Assembly (NCBI GenBank): GCA_037441845.1
Contig: JBBIRK010000003.1
Span: forward strand, 96,001 to 160,000
Direction: 5' to 3'
Origin: Candidatus Zixiibacteriota bacterium
GTDB lineage: Bacteria; Zixibacteria; MSB-5A5; UBA10806; 4484-95
DNA: 64,000 nucleotides
The notes below the pieces were generated by a model. It ran no database searches. It was not told where the DNA came from and saw nothing but the letters and a program-made list of their open reading frames with translations. Positions 37,894-48,162 of the stretch are shown in pieces; position 1 is the first letter of the stretch; each line of letters opens with the position of its first letter. A program made the translations under genes and the position numbers.

Positions 37894-38412
37894 TCACCCC
37901 TCCACATGCCATCTTTCCATACGATGGAACCACTCGGCGGGGTTTTCCAGAAAGGCGAGACTATCGTCTATCATTTGAAAATGCCGCTGTTCTTCCTCTA
38001 TCAAGAATTGGAATAACTTCTTGGTTTCCTTCTCGGTGGCTTTTGTCAGCGCCTGACGATAAAACTTCTCGCCGTTTTTCTCGAAATCGCGGGCGAACTT
38101 ATAGGCATCGATATCCGCCTTATCCGTGGGCGCTTTTTTATCCAGCCCCGAAAACAGCTTGCTGATCGCTTTCTTGGCCTTTGCCGGATCCGCATCCCTG
38201 ATGACCGAATCGAAATCGGTTTCTTCGCCGGCAATCTCGGCCGAATAAAATGATTTTATCGCCGCGATATGCTTGGTTTCCTCCTCGGCCAAGAAGCGGA
38301 ATACTGATCTGGTCATCTCGTTCGTGGTTCTTTCGGCTGTGGATTCATAAAAATTCTTGCCCTGTTTTTCCATCTCGATTGCCGCCGCTAAAGCTTCTTT
38401 CTGATTTTCCAT
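37894..38412 (-). CDS. Ferritin-like (rubrerythrin-family) protein; start revised to ATG 38412
   Basis: AIEMEKQG..FY, LAEEETKH, FEKNGEKFY, IEEEQRH. Confidence 0.88.
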   Translation of the reverse strand: MENQKEALAAAIEMEKQGKNFYESTAERTTNEMTRSVFRFLAEEETKHIAAIKSFYSAEIAGEETDFDSVIRDADPAKAKKAISKLFSGLDKKAPTDKADIDAYKFARDFEKNGEKFYRQALTKATEKETKKLFQFLIEEEQRHFQMIDDSLAFLENPAEWFHRMERWHVEG

Positions 38413-38588
38413 ATTTCCCACCGGACTTCCTGTGTTCATTGAACTATAATTTTCGATTGATTGAAAATATGCAGCGATCAATCCATGGGCAAGCCAAATT
38501 TGGATTATTATGTCGGACGACGGTCTGTTGCGGATCGAATGCAAATCGGCCTATAAACATAGTGTCTCAGGCTGGGCTTGTTTGTCGC

Positions 38589-39347
38589 CTAAATCCCGAG
38601 CAGACGGATTACTATATCGGCTGATGGTTTTGTCTGCGCCAAAAATACGGCCTGCGATTCGACGGCGATCTTCTGGTTGATGAAACGCATATATTCCGCC
38701 GCCATATCAACATCAGTGATCGCCGATCGGGCGCCTCCGATATTGCCTAATTCTATCAGCAATTCTTCTCGTCTCGACTCATAGTGGTTCTTGATTTCGG
38801 CGCCGATTTCACCTCTGGCTCGATTTACCTCGGCAAGCTTGCGGTCGATTGATTCGATCGTTTCCTCCACGGTCGCGTCCATCGGTCCCAACTCCCCGAT
38901 ATTTCGTGACGATTCGGCTGAGTTCGAATCGCCGCATGCCGAACCGCCAAAATCCGTTTTCACCTGCTCGGCCAGCCGATTGAAATATCGTCGTTCAAAC
39001 TCGACAGCTCGGTTTATCGCCGCCATCGACTGCGAATCGGCGCCGGAGTCATTAGCCGCCGTAATCGCCAATTCCCGGATTCGAATCAGGCTTTCATTCA
39101 TCTGTTCAAGACGGCCGTCGGCCGTATTCAGCCTATCTATGCGGCTGTCGATTTGCTTCAATTCCTGCTCAATCGCCACGATATGCGACCGCAGCTTTTC
39201 TGAAATTACCAGCCCGGCCGGGTCATCGGAGGCCTTATTGATTCGCTTTCCCGAACTGAGCTTCTCGGCCGAATTATACAACTTGTCGAGGCTCGAGTTG
39301 AGACTATTCGAGCTTTTTATCTGGTTCTGTTTTAGTCCGATTTCCAT
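38589..39347 (-). CDS. Short, divergent flagellin-like protein (252 aa)
   Basis: GGAGGT RBS; LSSGKRINKASDDPAGLVISEKLRS (flagellin N-terminal domain); ARGEIGA...SAITDVDMAAE (C-terminal domain). Confidence 0.82.
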   Translation of the reverse strand: MEIGLKQNQIKSSNSLNSSLDKLYNSAEKLSSGKRINKASDDPAGLVISEKLRSHIVAIEQELKQIDSRIDRLNTADGRLEQMNESLIRIRELAITAANDSGADSQSMAAINRAVEFERRYFNRLAEQVKTDFGGSACGDSNSAESSRNIGELGPMDATVEETIESIDRKLAEVNRARGEIGAEIKNHYESRREELLIELGNIGGARSAITDVDMAAEYMRFINQKIAVESQAVFLAQTKPSADIVIRLLGI

Positions 39348-39821
39348 GCTCACCTCCGTGAATCTTCCCAAATCCAAGTTGCAAAATTGATGCCTCGACT
39401 GAGGTTTTCGACGTTTCTGCGTTGTGATCACAATCTATTGATAGTCAATCGATTTTGCTGCCGTTAATGCGGTTCGTTTTGACCATTTAAATGCAAAAAT
39501 GGCCAGCCGGCATCACTTCATGTCGATATCCCATGTTTTTTGATGGATGATCTTGGCGATTATGCGATCGACGGGGCGGCCCTGGAACATGCAGGATTCC
39601 TTTCAATACTATATTTCCGCAACTGATAATAGAATTCATTTGTTGAGCATACGGGTGGCCAAGAGGAACAAGAGGGAGATGATCCGTTTGGTTCGAGTTG
39701 CGGATTCGGCCGATTTATAAGTTGACAAAAGAAAAATCATAAGCCAAATTAAACTTTAGGTCTGCGTGTGTGTCAAAAAGCTGAATTAAGTGAAACTCAC
39801 AATAATACGGGAGGATTCAGT

Positions 39822-42158
39822 ATGAGAAAAGGAAAAGTGCCGATGCTGGCAGCTCTATTATTGCTGGTGTTGGCGGCGGCGCCGGTAATGGCGCAGCATC
39901 AAGGCGGCACGATCAGCGGCCTGGTAACGAATCAGACCACGGGGCAGCCTTTGGCTATGGCGATTGTCCATGCTTTCGCCCCTAATGATCCCAATCGCCC
40001 GTTCGCCGGAACCATGACTGATAACACCGGGCATTATACTCTGCGTTTGCCTTATGGACGCTATATCGTTATGGCAAACAAATGGGGATTCGCACCCGAA
40101 TGGTGGCAAGAGGCAGCCGAGCCGTCGCAAGCCACTTCTTTGGTGGTTTCCGACAGCGTTAGTCCGACCGGTATAAATTTCACGCTCTCACCGCCGACGC
40201 CGCCGCCGACCGGGACGATCTCCGGCACGGTCACCAATCAGGCCGACGGCAGTCCGCTTTTCCGGGCGAATGTAAAGGCGTTCGGCCCCAATAATGTGAT
40301 GTTCACCGTTCATACCGATTCTGCCGGAAATTATCAATTGACCGTTCCCTACGGGCGTTATTTAGTGATGGCTGAAAAGATGGGTTTCGATCCGGAATGG
40401 TGGGAGGAAGCGGCCCGCAGGGAAGATGCCGATCTGGTAGCTGTCGATGACACGCTCAATCCGACCGGCATCGATTTCACGCTGGCGGTTCACACCAATC
40501 CGCAAGCCGGTTCGATCGCCGGCACGATCACCGATGCGGCTACGTCGCAGCCGATCGCCGGGGCCATGGTGAAAGCCGAAATGTATCGGGATCACCATTT
40601 CCACCGTGTGGTTTACAGTGGTCCCGACGGCATATATGTTTTCAATGATCTTCCCGCTGGAACCTATCGCGTGGCGGCCATGAAAGAAGGATACGCCCCG
40701 GCTGATTATCCTGACAGCATCGTTATAAACGGCAACAACGTAACCGGAATCGACATTGCGTTGCAGCCGATTGTTATGGGGCTCTTGACCGGTGTAGTGA
40801 CCGACGCGGCCACCGATGATCCGATTGTCGGCGCCATGGTAAGAGCCACCAACATGAACGTTCCGCGGATGTATTTTAACGGCAGAACCGATTCAACCGG
40901 CGCTTATGCGATCAATCTTCCCGTCGGTACCTATCACGTGGAGGCGTTCGCGCGCGATTATTATCCCGGCAGCGCCGATTCGATCGTCGTCGGTGATTTT
41001 GCACCTACCGTGCTCGATTTCGCTCTCGAGGCGATCGATTTCGGCAGCATCTCCGGCACTGTTTATGATTCCGCCAACACGCCCGTGTTCGGAGCGTTCG
41101 TTGAAGCGCGCATGATCGCCGGCTATTGGCGTGGCATGGCCCGCACCGATTCCTCGGGCAACTATACCATCGCAAATGTAATGCCCGGCAATTATATCGT
41201 CTCGGCGCACGCCTGTGGTTTCAACCCGGTGGTCTATCCCGAAACCGTCGGCGTCGATGACGGCGAAGATGTGACCGGAATCGATTTCCATCTCCTGCCG
41301 TTCACCCCGCCCGATGGCATTATTTCAGGCCTAGTCACCAGCGACAGCACCGGCGATCCTATCGGCGGCGCTCTGGTAGTGGCGATGGGGACGAACAACA
41401 ATGCTCCTCACCGCTGGCGCGACGTAAGATTTACGCGCACGGCCGAAGACGGCACGTATGCATTCAATCGGCTCAGAGATATCGCCTATAAGGTGTTCTG
41501 TTCGGCCAGAGGTTATCTGGGCGAATTCTACGATGACAAGCCGACCTGGCAAACCGCCGACCCTGTCACCCCCGACGCCAGCGGTATCGATTTCGGTCTG
41601 GCGAACCGCTACGGCGGACCGCGGTTCGTGGGCGGCCTCGTTTACGAGGGTGATCGTCCCCACTCGGGCGCGCTGGTGATGCTGCTTGAAAACGACGAAA
41701 TTGTCGATATCTCCCTGACCATGCCCGACGGGGCTTATGAATTCGCCGGCGTCGATCCCGGAAACTATACTATAAGGGCTATCGGAATGAACGAAAACCA
41801 GAGCGAGCAGACTATTAACGTCATGTTCGATGATGTCTATGGCGCCGACGTCGTGTTAAGCCCGACCGGAATCGATGACGGCACCAATCTGCCGCAGTCG
41901 ATATCCCTTATGCAGAATTATCCCAATCCGTTCAACGCCTCGACCAATATCAGATTCACTTTACCTAACGAATCCACGGTCGATTTGGCGGTTTACGATT
42001 TGCTCGGACGCCGGGTGGCCACTCTCGCCAGCGGAATCAAGCCCGCGGGCGAAAATACGGTCACTTTCAATGCCGATGGTCTGGCCAGCGGATTGTATCT
42101 GTACGTCTTGCGCGCTGATGGTGTCAAACTGAGCCATCAGATGCTGCTTCTGAAGTAA
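39822..42158 (+). CDS. Secreted protein with tandem carboxypeptidase-regulatory-like beta-sandwich domains and a C-terminal sorting-type (QNYPNPFN) domain
   Basis: Signal peptide; repeated G(T/S)ISG.VT...G.P...A.V units; QNYPNPFNASTNIRF...SGLYLYVL tail. Confidence 0.85.
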   Translation: MRKGKVPMLAALLLLVLAAAPVMAQHQGGTISGLVTNQTTGQPLAMAIVHAFAPNDPNRPFAGTMTDNTGHYTLRLPYGRYIVMANKWGFAPEWWQEAAEPSQATSLVVSDSVSPTGINFTLSPPTPPPTGTISGTVTNQADGSPLFRANVKAFGPNNVMFTVHTDSAGNYQLTVPYGRYLVMAEKMGFDPEWWEEAARREDADLVAVDDTLNPTGIDFTLAVHTNPQAGSIAGTITDAATSQPIAGAMVKAEMYRDHHFHRVVYSGPDGIYVFNDLPAGTYRVAAMKEGYAPADYPDSIVINGNNVTGIDIALQPIVMGLLTGVVTDAATDDPIVGAMVRATNMNVPRMYFNGRTDSTGAYAINLPVGTYHVEAFARDYYPGSADSIVVGDFAPTVLDFALEAIDFGSISGTVYDSANTPVFGAFVEARMIAGYWRGMARTDSSGNYTIANVMPGNYIVSAHACGFNPVVYPETVGVDDGEDVTGIDFHLLPFTPPDGIISGLVTSDSTGDPIGGALVVAMGTNNNAPHRWRDVRFTRTAEDGTYAFNRLRDIAYKVFCSARGYLGEFYDDKPTWQTADPVTPDASGIDFGLANRYGGPRFVGGLVYEGDRPHSGALVMLLENDEIVDISLTMPDGAYEFAGVDPGNYTIRAIGMNENQSEQTINVMFDDVYGADVVLSPTGIDDGTNLPQSISLMQNYPNPFNASTNIRFTLPNESTVDLAVYDLLGRRVATLASGIKPAGENTVTFNADGLASGLYLYVLRADGVKLSHQMLLLK

Positions 42159-42201
42159 GCCGTTGCGGCGGCTTGCCGATTACTATCGGCGGCGGATCAA
42201 T

Positions 42202-42235
42202 AAGGGCGTGGTTTCGGCCATGCCCTTTCTTGTTT
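42202..42235 (+). terminator. Intrinsic terminator between convergent genes
   Basis: AAGGGCGTGGT-TTCG-GCCATGCCCTT followed by a T-rich tract. Confidence 0.75.
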
Positions 42236-42319
42236 GCGTTTGTTAGGCATATTCGATTTCGCCGTGAATCGATCGGCGGTAGTTATGACTCTCATTATAG
42301 ATTGGCGGAAAAGAAGTCG

Positions 42320-43270
42320 TTATCGCTGCAGCGGCCGATTGTAATCCATGTCGAACCACATGGCGAAAAACAACGATTGCGTCCCGAAAAGAAAAAACAG
42401 TGCGGCGAACAATGCGCTGGTTTCGGATACCGGTCCGCTGAAAAGGCGGTAAGCGATCAAATACAACCCGAACGCCAGGCCGAACAAACTTGACAACCCT
42501 CCGAAAAGATAGAAAAAAACCAAGGGATGAAAATCCCTGATCACGTATTTTTCTTTCAGCCGGCGAAAAAACCCGCCCGCAAGCAGCAGGCTTATCCTGG
42601 GCACAACTTTCCATAGGCGGATACCCGATCTCTGTCCGTCGTATATCGGTTTCACCGGTATCTCTTTTACGACCGCACCGAGGATATTCAGGTTCACCAG
42701 CAGGTCGTTGGGAAAACCGTAACGAGGATAAAGTTTTTTAAGCGGCAGTCGTCTAAGGGTTTCCCCGGAAATGGCGGTGTAGCCGCACTGAAAATCCGCC
42801 AGTTTCCAGTAGCCCGAGGCGATTTTGGTCAAAAGCGACAGAACTGCGTTGCCCAAAAAGCGATAGCGAGGCATCACCTGCCAGGCGTTGCCGTAAAAAA
42901 ATCGGTTCCCTTTCACGTAATCGGCTTGACCGTCTGCTATCGGCCGACAGAGTCGGATAAGCTCGGCGGGATCCATCTGCCCGTCGCCGGCCATCACCGC
43001 CACGATTTCGATTCCGTCTCCTACCGCCTGTGTGTAACCGCTGACAATGGTCGCGCCCACTCCGCGATTGCGCTCGTGTCGAATGAGGGCGATCCGTTTG
43101 CCGACTCTTGCAACGATCTCCTGCGTTATTTCCCGGGTGCCGTCGGTGCTGGCGTCGTCGATAACGTATATTTTATCAACGAATTGCGGAATGGTGTCGA
43201 TTACCGCCCGGATATGGCGTTCGACATCGAATGCGGGGATAACCACGGCGACGGATTTATTTTCGAGCAT
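42320..43270 (-). CDS. Glycosyltransferase family 2 (DPM/polyprenol-phosphate glycosyltransferase-like, 2 C-terminal TM)
   Basis: VVIPAF, IDDASTD, NRGVG, MAGDGQMDP, KGNRF, DFQCGY. Confidence 0.9.
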   Translation of the reverse strand: MLENKSVAVVIPAFDVERHIRAVIDTIPQFVDKIYVIDDASTDGTREITQEIVARVGKRIALIRHERNRGVGATIVSGYTQAVGDGIEIVAVMAGDGQMDPAELIRLCRPIADGQADYVKGNRFFYGNAWQVMPRYRFLGNAVLSLLTKIASGYWKLADFQCGYTAISGETLRRLPLKKLYPRYGFPNDLLVNLNILGAVVKEIPVKPIYDGQRSGIRLWKVVPRISLLLAGGFFRRLKEKYVIRDFHPLVFFYLFGGLSSLFGLAFGLYLIAYRLFSGPVSETSALFAALFFLFGTQSLFFAMWFDMDYNRPLQR

Positions 43271-43506
43271 GATGAAATATATAAACAACCGGGGGATTTA
43301 TCCAAGTTATTTTGAAACGGCGAACGAGTCATGATTCTTTTCCGCGTTGGCTGGTCGCTTCGATCGGCATCCGTGCATGATCTGCCCCCCGGAACACCCT
43401 TGCCCCTTGCCTTGTTGAATGACATATGTTATTATCGGCTGAACGGCGACAGTTTGACGGTGCCGCGGGCCGGAACTGACGTAATCGGCTCTAATGGAGA
43501 ATCGCG

Positions 43507-44055
43507 ATGGCTGAGGTTAAATCGAAATCCAGAGGATTGCTTATCGTTTATACCGGCGATGGCAAAGGCAAAACCACGGCCGCCCTCGGTCTGTGCGTGC
43601 GGGCGGTGGGCTACCATAAGAAGGTGGCAATCGTGCAATTCGTCAAGGGAAGTTGGCACTACGGCGAACTCGACGGTATCAAGCGGCTCGAGCCCGAAGT
43701 CCAGATCATCCGCAAGGGTAAGGGATTCGTGGGTATTATTGATGATAAACTGCCCCGCGACGAGCACGAAAAAGCGGCAGCCGAAGCTCTCGAATTCGCC
43801 TCCGAATTGATCCAGTCGAACCAATATGATATCGTGATTCTCGATGAGTTGAACGTGGCTGTATTCCTCGGATTGATCGACATTTCCGATGTATTGAGAA
43901 TGTTACAGAACAGGCCGAGCGATCTCGATATCGTAATCACCGGACGCTCAGCACACGAAAAACTGATAGAAATCGCCGATCTGGTCACCGAAATGAAAGA
44001 AATCAAACATCCCTACCGCAAAGGGATAATGGCCAAAGAGGGCATAGATTTTTAG
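43507..44055 (+). CDS. cobO: Cob(I)yrinic acid a,c-diamide adenosyltransferase (CobO/BtuR)
   Basis: YTGDGKGKTTAALG, QFVKG, ILDEL, ITGR, ADLVTEM..IKHP. Confidence 0.94.
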   Translation: MAEVKSKSRGLLIVYTGDGKGKTTAALGLCVRAVGYHKKVAIVQFVKGSWHYGELDGIKRLEPEVQIIRKGKGFVGIIDDKLPRDEHEKAAAEALEFASELIQSNQYDIVILDELNVAVFLGLIDISDVLRMLQNRPSDLDIVITGRSAHEKLIEIADLVTEMKEIKHPYRKGIMAKEGIDF

Positions 44056-44067
44056 GAGGTAGGATAA

Positions 44068-44988
44068 ATGAGGGAAGTCGACGTCTTGATCGTGGGTGGC
44101 GGGCCGGGCGGTTTAACCGCCGGCATGTATGCCGCCAGAGCGAAACTGAATGTCCTGTGTCTGGAAAAAATGCTCCCCGGAGGGCAGATCGCCAATACCC
44201 ATCTGGTCGAGGATTACCCGGGATTCGAGTCGATTTCGGGTCCCGACCTCGCTCAAAAGTTCGAATCGCATGCCCGCAAATTCGGTCTGGAGATCAACAA
44301 CGATAAGGTCAACAAAATCAGACCCGACGGCCGATACTGGATCGTGGAGGCGGACAACGATTCCTATAAGGCGAAAGCCGTGATAATCGCCACCGGCGGC
44401 CAACCCCGCAAACTGGGGATCCCCGGAGAGCTCGAATTCGCGGGACGGGGCGTCTCGTATTGCGCTATCTGCGACGGCGCCTTTTTCAAAGGCGAGGTCA
44501 TCGCCGTGGTCGGCGGCGGCGATTCGGCGGTCGAGGAGGGGATATTCCTGACCCGCTACGCAAGCAAACTTTACATAATCCACCGCCGCGATCAACTACG
44601 TGCCCAGAAAATCATCCAGGATAGAGCCATGGCCAACAGCAAGATCGAATTCGTTTGGGATAGCGTGCCGGTGGAAATCAAGGGAGCCGAAAAGGTGCAA
44701 ACGCTGGTGGTCAAAAACCTGAAATCCGGTGAAATAAAAACATTGTCGGTAGGGGCGGTTTTCCCATTTATCGGATTCGTCCCCAATTCCGATTTCTTCG
44801 ATGTCGAAATCAAACGCGATCCCAACGGCTACATAATCACAAACGAGAACATGGAGACGTCACTCAAAGGCGTTTACGCGATCGGCGATGTGCGCAAGCA
44901 ACTTTGCAAGCAGGTCACCAACGCCGTCGGCGACGGCACCACCGCCGCCGTGGCCGCCGACAAATATATCGAGGCCTGGAGTGATTGA
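44068..44988 (+). CDS. trxB: Thioredoxin-disulfide reductase
   Basis: GGGPGG, GVSYCAICDG, GGGDSAVEE, HRRD, AIGDV. Confidence 0.96.
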   Translation: MREVDVLIVGGGPGGLTAGMYAARAKLNVLCLEKMLPGGQIANTHLVEDYPGFESISGPDLAQKFESHARKFGLEINNDKVNKIRPDGRYWIVEADNDSYKAKAVIIATGGQPRKLGIPGELEFAGRGVSYCAICDGAFFKGEVIAVVGGGDSAVEEGIFLTRYASKLYIIHRRDQLRAQKIIQDRAMANSKIEFVWDSVPVEIKGAEKVQTLVVKNLKSGEIKTLSVGAVFPFIGFVPNSDFFDVEIKRDPNGYIITNENMETSLKGVYAIGDVRKQLCKQVTNAVGDGTTAAVAADKYIEAWSD

Positions 44989-44991
44989 GAT

Positions 44992-45432
44992 ATGGCCGAA
45001 GTTATCGTAAAACATCTGCAAAATCTCCAGCAGCAGGTGATAGCCCGCCAGCATTCCTTCATCGTAGATGAACCGATCAAACTGAAAGGCGACGATCTCG
45101 GCCCCAATCCCTACGACTTGTTGCTGGCTTCGCTGGGAAGCTGCACCTCGATGACCTTGATGCTTTATGCGAGAAACAAGAATATCCCTCTCGAGGGAGT
45201 CGAGGTCAAAATGGAGTATTCGCGCGTCTATGATCAGGATTGTCGGGATTGCGATGCCGCCGATAGGTTTCTCCATAAAATCACCAAGCGGATAAAACTC
45301 GAAGGTCCGCTCGATCCCGATCAGAAATCGCGTCTGTTGCAGATTGCCGGCAAATGCCCGGTGCACAAAACCTTGACGTCGAAAATCGTAATCGAGGATA
45401 TGCTGGATGACTCCGATGGCCGGTCTGCATAA
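44992..45432 (+). CDS. OsmC family protein
   Basis: DEP...GDDLGPNPYDLLLASLGSCTSMT, KCPVHKTL. Confidence 0.92.
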   Translation: MAEVIVKHLQNLQQQVIARQHSFIVDEPIKLKGDDLGPNPYDLLLASLGSCTSMTLMLYARNKNIPLEGVEVKMEYSRVYDQDCRDCDAADRFLHKITKRIKLEGPLDPDQKSRLLQIAGKCPVHKTLTSKIVIEDMLDDSDGRSA

Positions 45433-46294
45433 ACCATCGTGGCTGAAAATTAAGCCGAGTTTCGGGCCGGTTTATTCCGACGTCAAGAAGCTGATCGAAG
45501 ACCTCGGACTTCATACCGTATGCCAGGAGGCGGGTTGCCCAAATATCGGTGAATGCTTTTCTGCGCGAACCGCGACGTTCCTGATTATGGGTGATCGCTG
45601 CACCCGAAATTGCCGTTTTTGCAATGTCGACTCCGCCGACCCATCGCCGCCTGATTGTCTCGAACCCGAAAGGGTCGCCCAGGCGGTAAAGAAACTCGGG
45701 CTGAAGTTTGTCGTTATCACCTCGGTGACCCGCGATGATTTACCTGACGGCGGCGCCTCTATTTTCGCCTCGGTCGTCGAATCGATTCGGCGCACTTCAC
45801 CGGCCTGCGGGATAGAAGTGCTGATTCCGGATTTCAAGGGCGACCGGGAAGCCCTCGATAATGTGCTCCATGTCCGTCCCGAGGTCATCGCCCACAATAT
45901 CGAAACCGTCCCTGAGCTTTATGACCGTGTGAGGCCTCAAGCGGATTATAAGCGGTCGCTGGAGCTGCTTCGCTATTGCGCCGAAAGCGATAAGGAATTG
46001 GTGGTCAAATCGGGCATGATGGTGGGATTGGGGGAGACCACCGAAATGATCGTAAAGGTATTGGCGGATGCAGCCGACGCCGGTTGCCGCATTTTCACCA
46101 TCGGCCAGTACCTATCGCCATCGCAAAATCACTTGCCCGTGGAAAAATATTATCACCCCGAGGAATTCGCTGATTTAGCCGAGATCGGCCGACGTTGCGG
46201 CATCCCCCATGTCGAATCCGCGCCGCTCGTGCGCAGCTCCTATCTTGCTCATCGCCAGTTCGAATCGTTAGGGCTGATAAACCGTCATAAATAA
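45416..46294 (+). CDS. lipA: Lipoyl synthase
   Basis: CQEAGCPNIGEC, CTRNCRFC, TSVTRDDL, HNIETV, VRSSY. Confidence 0.96.
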   Translation: MAGLHKPSWLKIKPSFGPVYSDVKKLIEDLGLHTVCQEAGCPNIGECFSARTATFLIMGDRCTRNCRFCNVDSADPSPPDCLEPERVAQAVKKLGLKFVVITSVTRDDLPDGGASIFASVVESIRRTSPACGIEVLIPDFKGDREALDNVLHVRPEVIAHNIETVPELYDRVRPQADYKRSLELLRYCAESDKELVVKSGMMVGLGETTEMIVKVLADAADAGCRIFTIGQYLSPSQNHLPVEKYYHPEEFADLAEIGRRCGIPHVESAPLVRSSYLAHRQFESLGLINRHK

Positions 46295-46553
46295 CACTCG
46301 AAGCGGCCTATTTTAGCGATCTTGGCTGTGAAAACCACTGCATCATGAGTCCGATAATTGAACAGCCGACCTACTCGATTTTCGATTTCGTTCAAATTTT
46401 GGACGACTTGCTGAGCATGATTTAACCATCTCCGGAAACGCTGTTTACTTATAATACGGCATTCCCGCCGACTGAAACAACCTAATGGGGAAATTGAAAT
46501 TCTTATTCTTGAAACTGTCGATATAAAGGCAAAAGGTGAAGGAGCGCCGACCG

Positions 46554-48014
46554 ATGTCCGATCGAAACATCTTAATCGCCTCGTATGTCGAAACAAGCGA
46601 GCCGATCCTTGTCGTCGATGATGAGGCGACCATACTCGAAATTATCGAAGAGATGTTGCGAGGGCAGCCGTACATCGTATTCCAGGCGAGAAACCTGGCC
46701 GAGGCCGAGGCCATACTCCGGGAGCAGGAGATATCGATCGTCCTTACCGACCTGATTCTGCGCCAGGAGTCCGGCCTCGATGTTATCAATATTGCTCAGA
46801 AAATCCAGCCGACCGCCAAAGTCATTTTGATGACCGGCAAGCCCACGATCCAAAACGCGGTTACCGTTCTCAAAACGGGCGCTTTCGATTATCTGGTCAA
46901 ACCTTTCGATATGGATACACTACGAGGGCTTCTGAAACGGACCGTCGATCAAGTAAAACTCGAACGCGAAAACATCCGGCTAAACGAAATTATGTCTTTC
47001 TATAAGATCTCCGAGGCCATGACTTTCGAAATCAATCCGGAGAAGCTGCTGAAATTGATTCTCGAGACCGCCATTCGCGAATTCAAAGCAGATTACGCTG
47101 CAGCCCATTTTATCGAGCATGACGGCAGCATGAAAATGCACGACAGCATTATACTCGACAAAAGTCTGGCCGATACTTTCGCCAGGTTCAGCCAGGACCT
47201 TGCCAACGAGGTGGGTTATAAGGGAAAACCGCTGATTATCAATGACGAAGACGCATACGCACGGACCGGGTCGAAAACCATAAAATCCGCGCTTTGCCAC
47301 CCATTGTTGACTAAAGGCAAAGTAAGCGGCACTCTGATTGTAATACGGTCTCATAATCTGAGAAAATTCACGACCGGCGAAATGACCACGTTATCGCTAT
47401 TCGCCAACAAGGCGGCCATTGAATTCGAAAACGCCCGCTTGTATCGCAATCTCGAGGATGCCTATTTCGATACGGTCGCCGTGCTTTCCAACGCGATCGA
47501 GACGCGTGACCGCAACACCGGCGGCCATACCGAGCGCGTATGGCGGATCACTTACGATATCGCCGCTATCCTCGGATGGAAAACCGAAAGTCTCAAAGAG
47601 CTGCGCATGGGGGCTATGCTCCATGATATAGGCAAGATCGGCGTGCCCGATGCCATCCTCAATAAGCCCGGCCCGCTCGATCCGGACGAATTCGCTATAA
47701 TGAAAAAGCATCCGGAAATCGGCGCGGCGATGATCGAAAAGATCGTTTTTCTCAATCCTGCCTTGCCATATATCCTGTATCATCATGAAAGATACGATGG
47801 CAAAGGGTATCCTTTTGGATTGGCCGGCGACGATATCCCGATTCAGGGTCGGCTTTTGGCGGTCGTGGATACTTACGACGCCATCACCAGCGATAGACCC
47901 TACCGCAAGGGAAAAAGCAGCGCCAACGCGATCGAGGAGATATTGCGCAATTCAGGCAGCCAGTTCGATCCCCTGGTGGTGGATGCTTTCATAAAAGTCA
48001 TCAAACCGCAATAA
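46554..48014 (+). CDS. Response regulator (REC-GAF-HD-GYP), c-di-GMP phosphodiesterase
   Basis: ILVVDDE...TD...KP receiver; GAF; HDIGKIG, HHERYDGKGYP; AAGGAG RBS before ATG 46554. Confidence 0.92.
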   Translation: MSDRNILIASYVETSEPILVVDDEATILEIIEEMLRGQPYIVFQARNLAEAEAILREQEISIVLTDLILRQESGLDVINIAQKIQPTAKVILMTGKPTIQNAVTVLKTGAFDYLVKPFDMDTLRGLLKRTVDQVKLERENIRLNEIMSFYKISEAMTFEINPEKLLKLILETAIREFKADYAAAHFIEHDGSMKMHDSIILDKSLADTFARFSQDLANEVGYKGKPLIINDEDAYARTGSKTIKSALCHPLLTKGKVSGTLIVIRSHNLRKFTTGEMTTLSLFANKAAIEFENARLYRNLEDAYFDTVAVLSNAIETRDRNTGGHTERVWRITYDIAAILGWKTESLKELRMGAMLHDIGKIGVPDAILNKPGPLDPDEFAIMKKHPEIGAAMIEKIVFLNPALPYILYHHERYDGKGYPFGLAGDDIPIQGRLLAVVDTYDAITSDRPYRKGKSSANAIEEILRNSGSQFDPLVVDAFIKVIKPQ

Positions 48015-48162
48015 GAGAATCCGGCTCATCGGATTCAACATCCGTATCGTCGATACTTATCGCTTTTGATTCGAACCGACCTTGCGATGGTTGGAAACAA
48101 AACGGCATCGGTTGTCAGCCGATGCCGCGTTTTTGTGTCGAAGGGAAAATCAAGCAGTTGTG

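Noticed and set aside
43330..43506. Cobalamin riboswitch upstream of cobO
   Set aside because: No recognisable B12-box or GGGAA/CCGGTG core, and little room for one.
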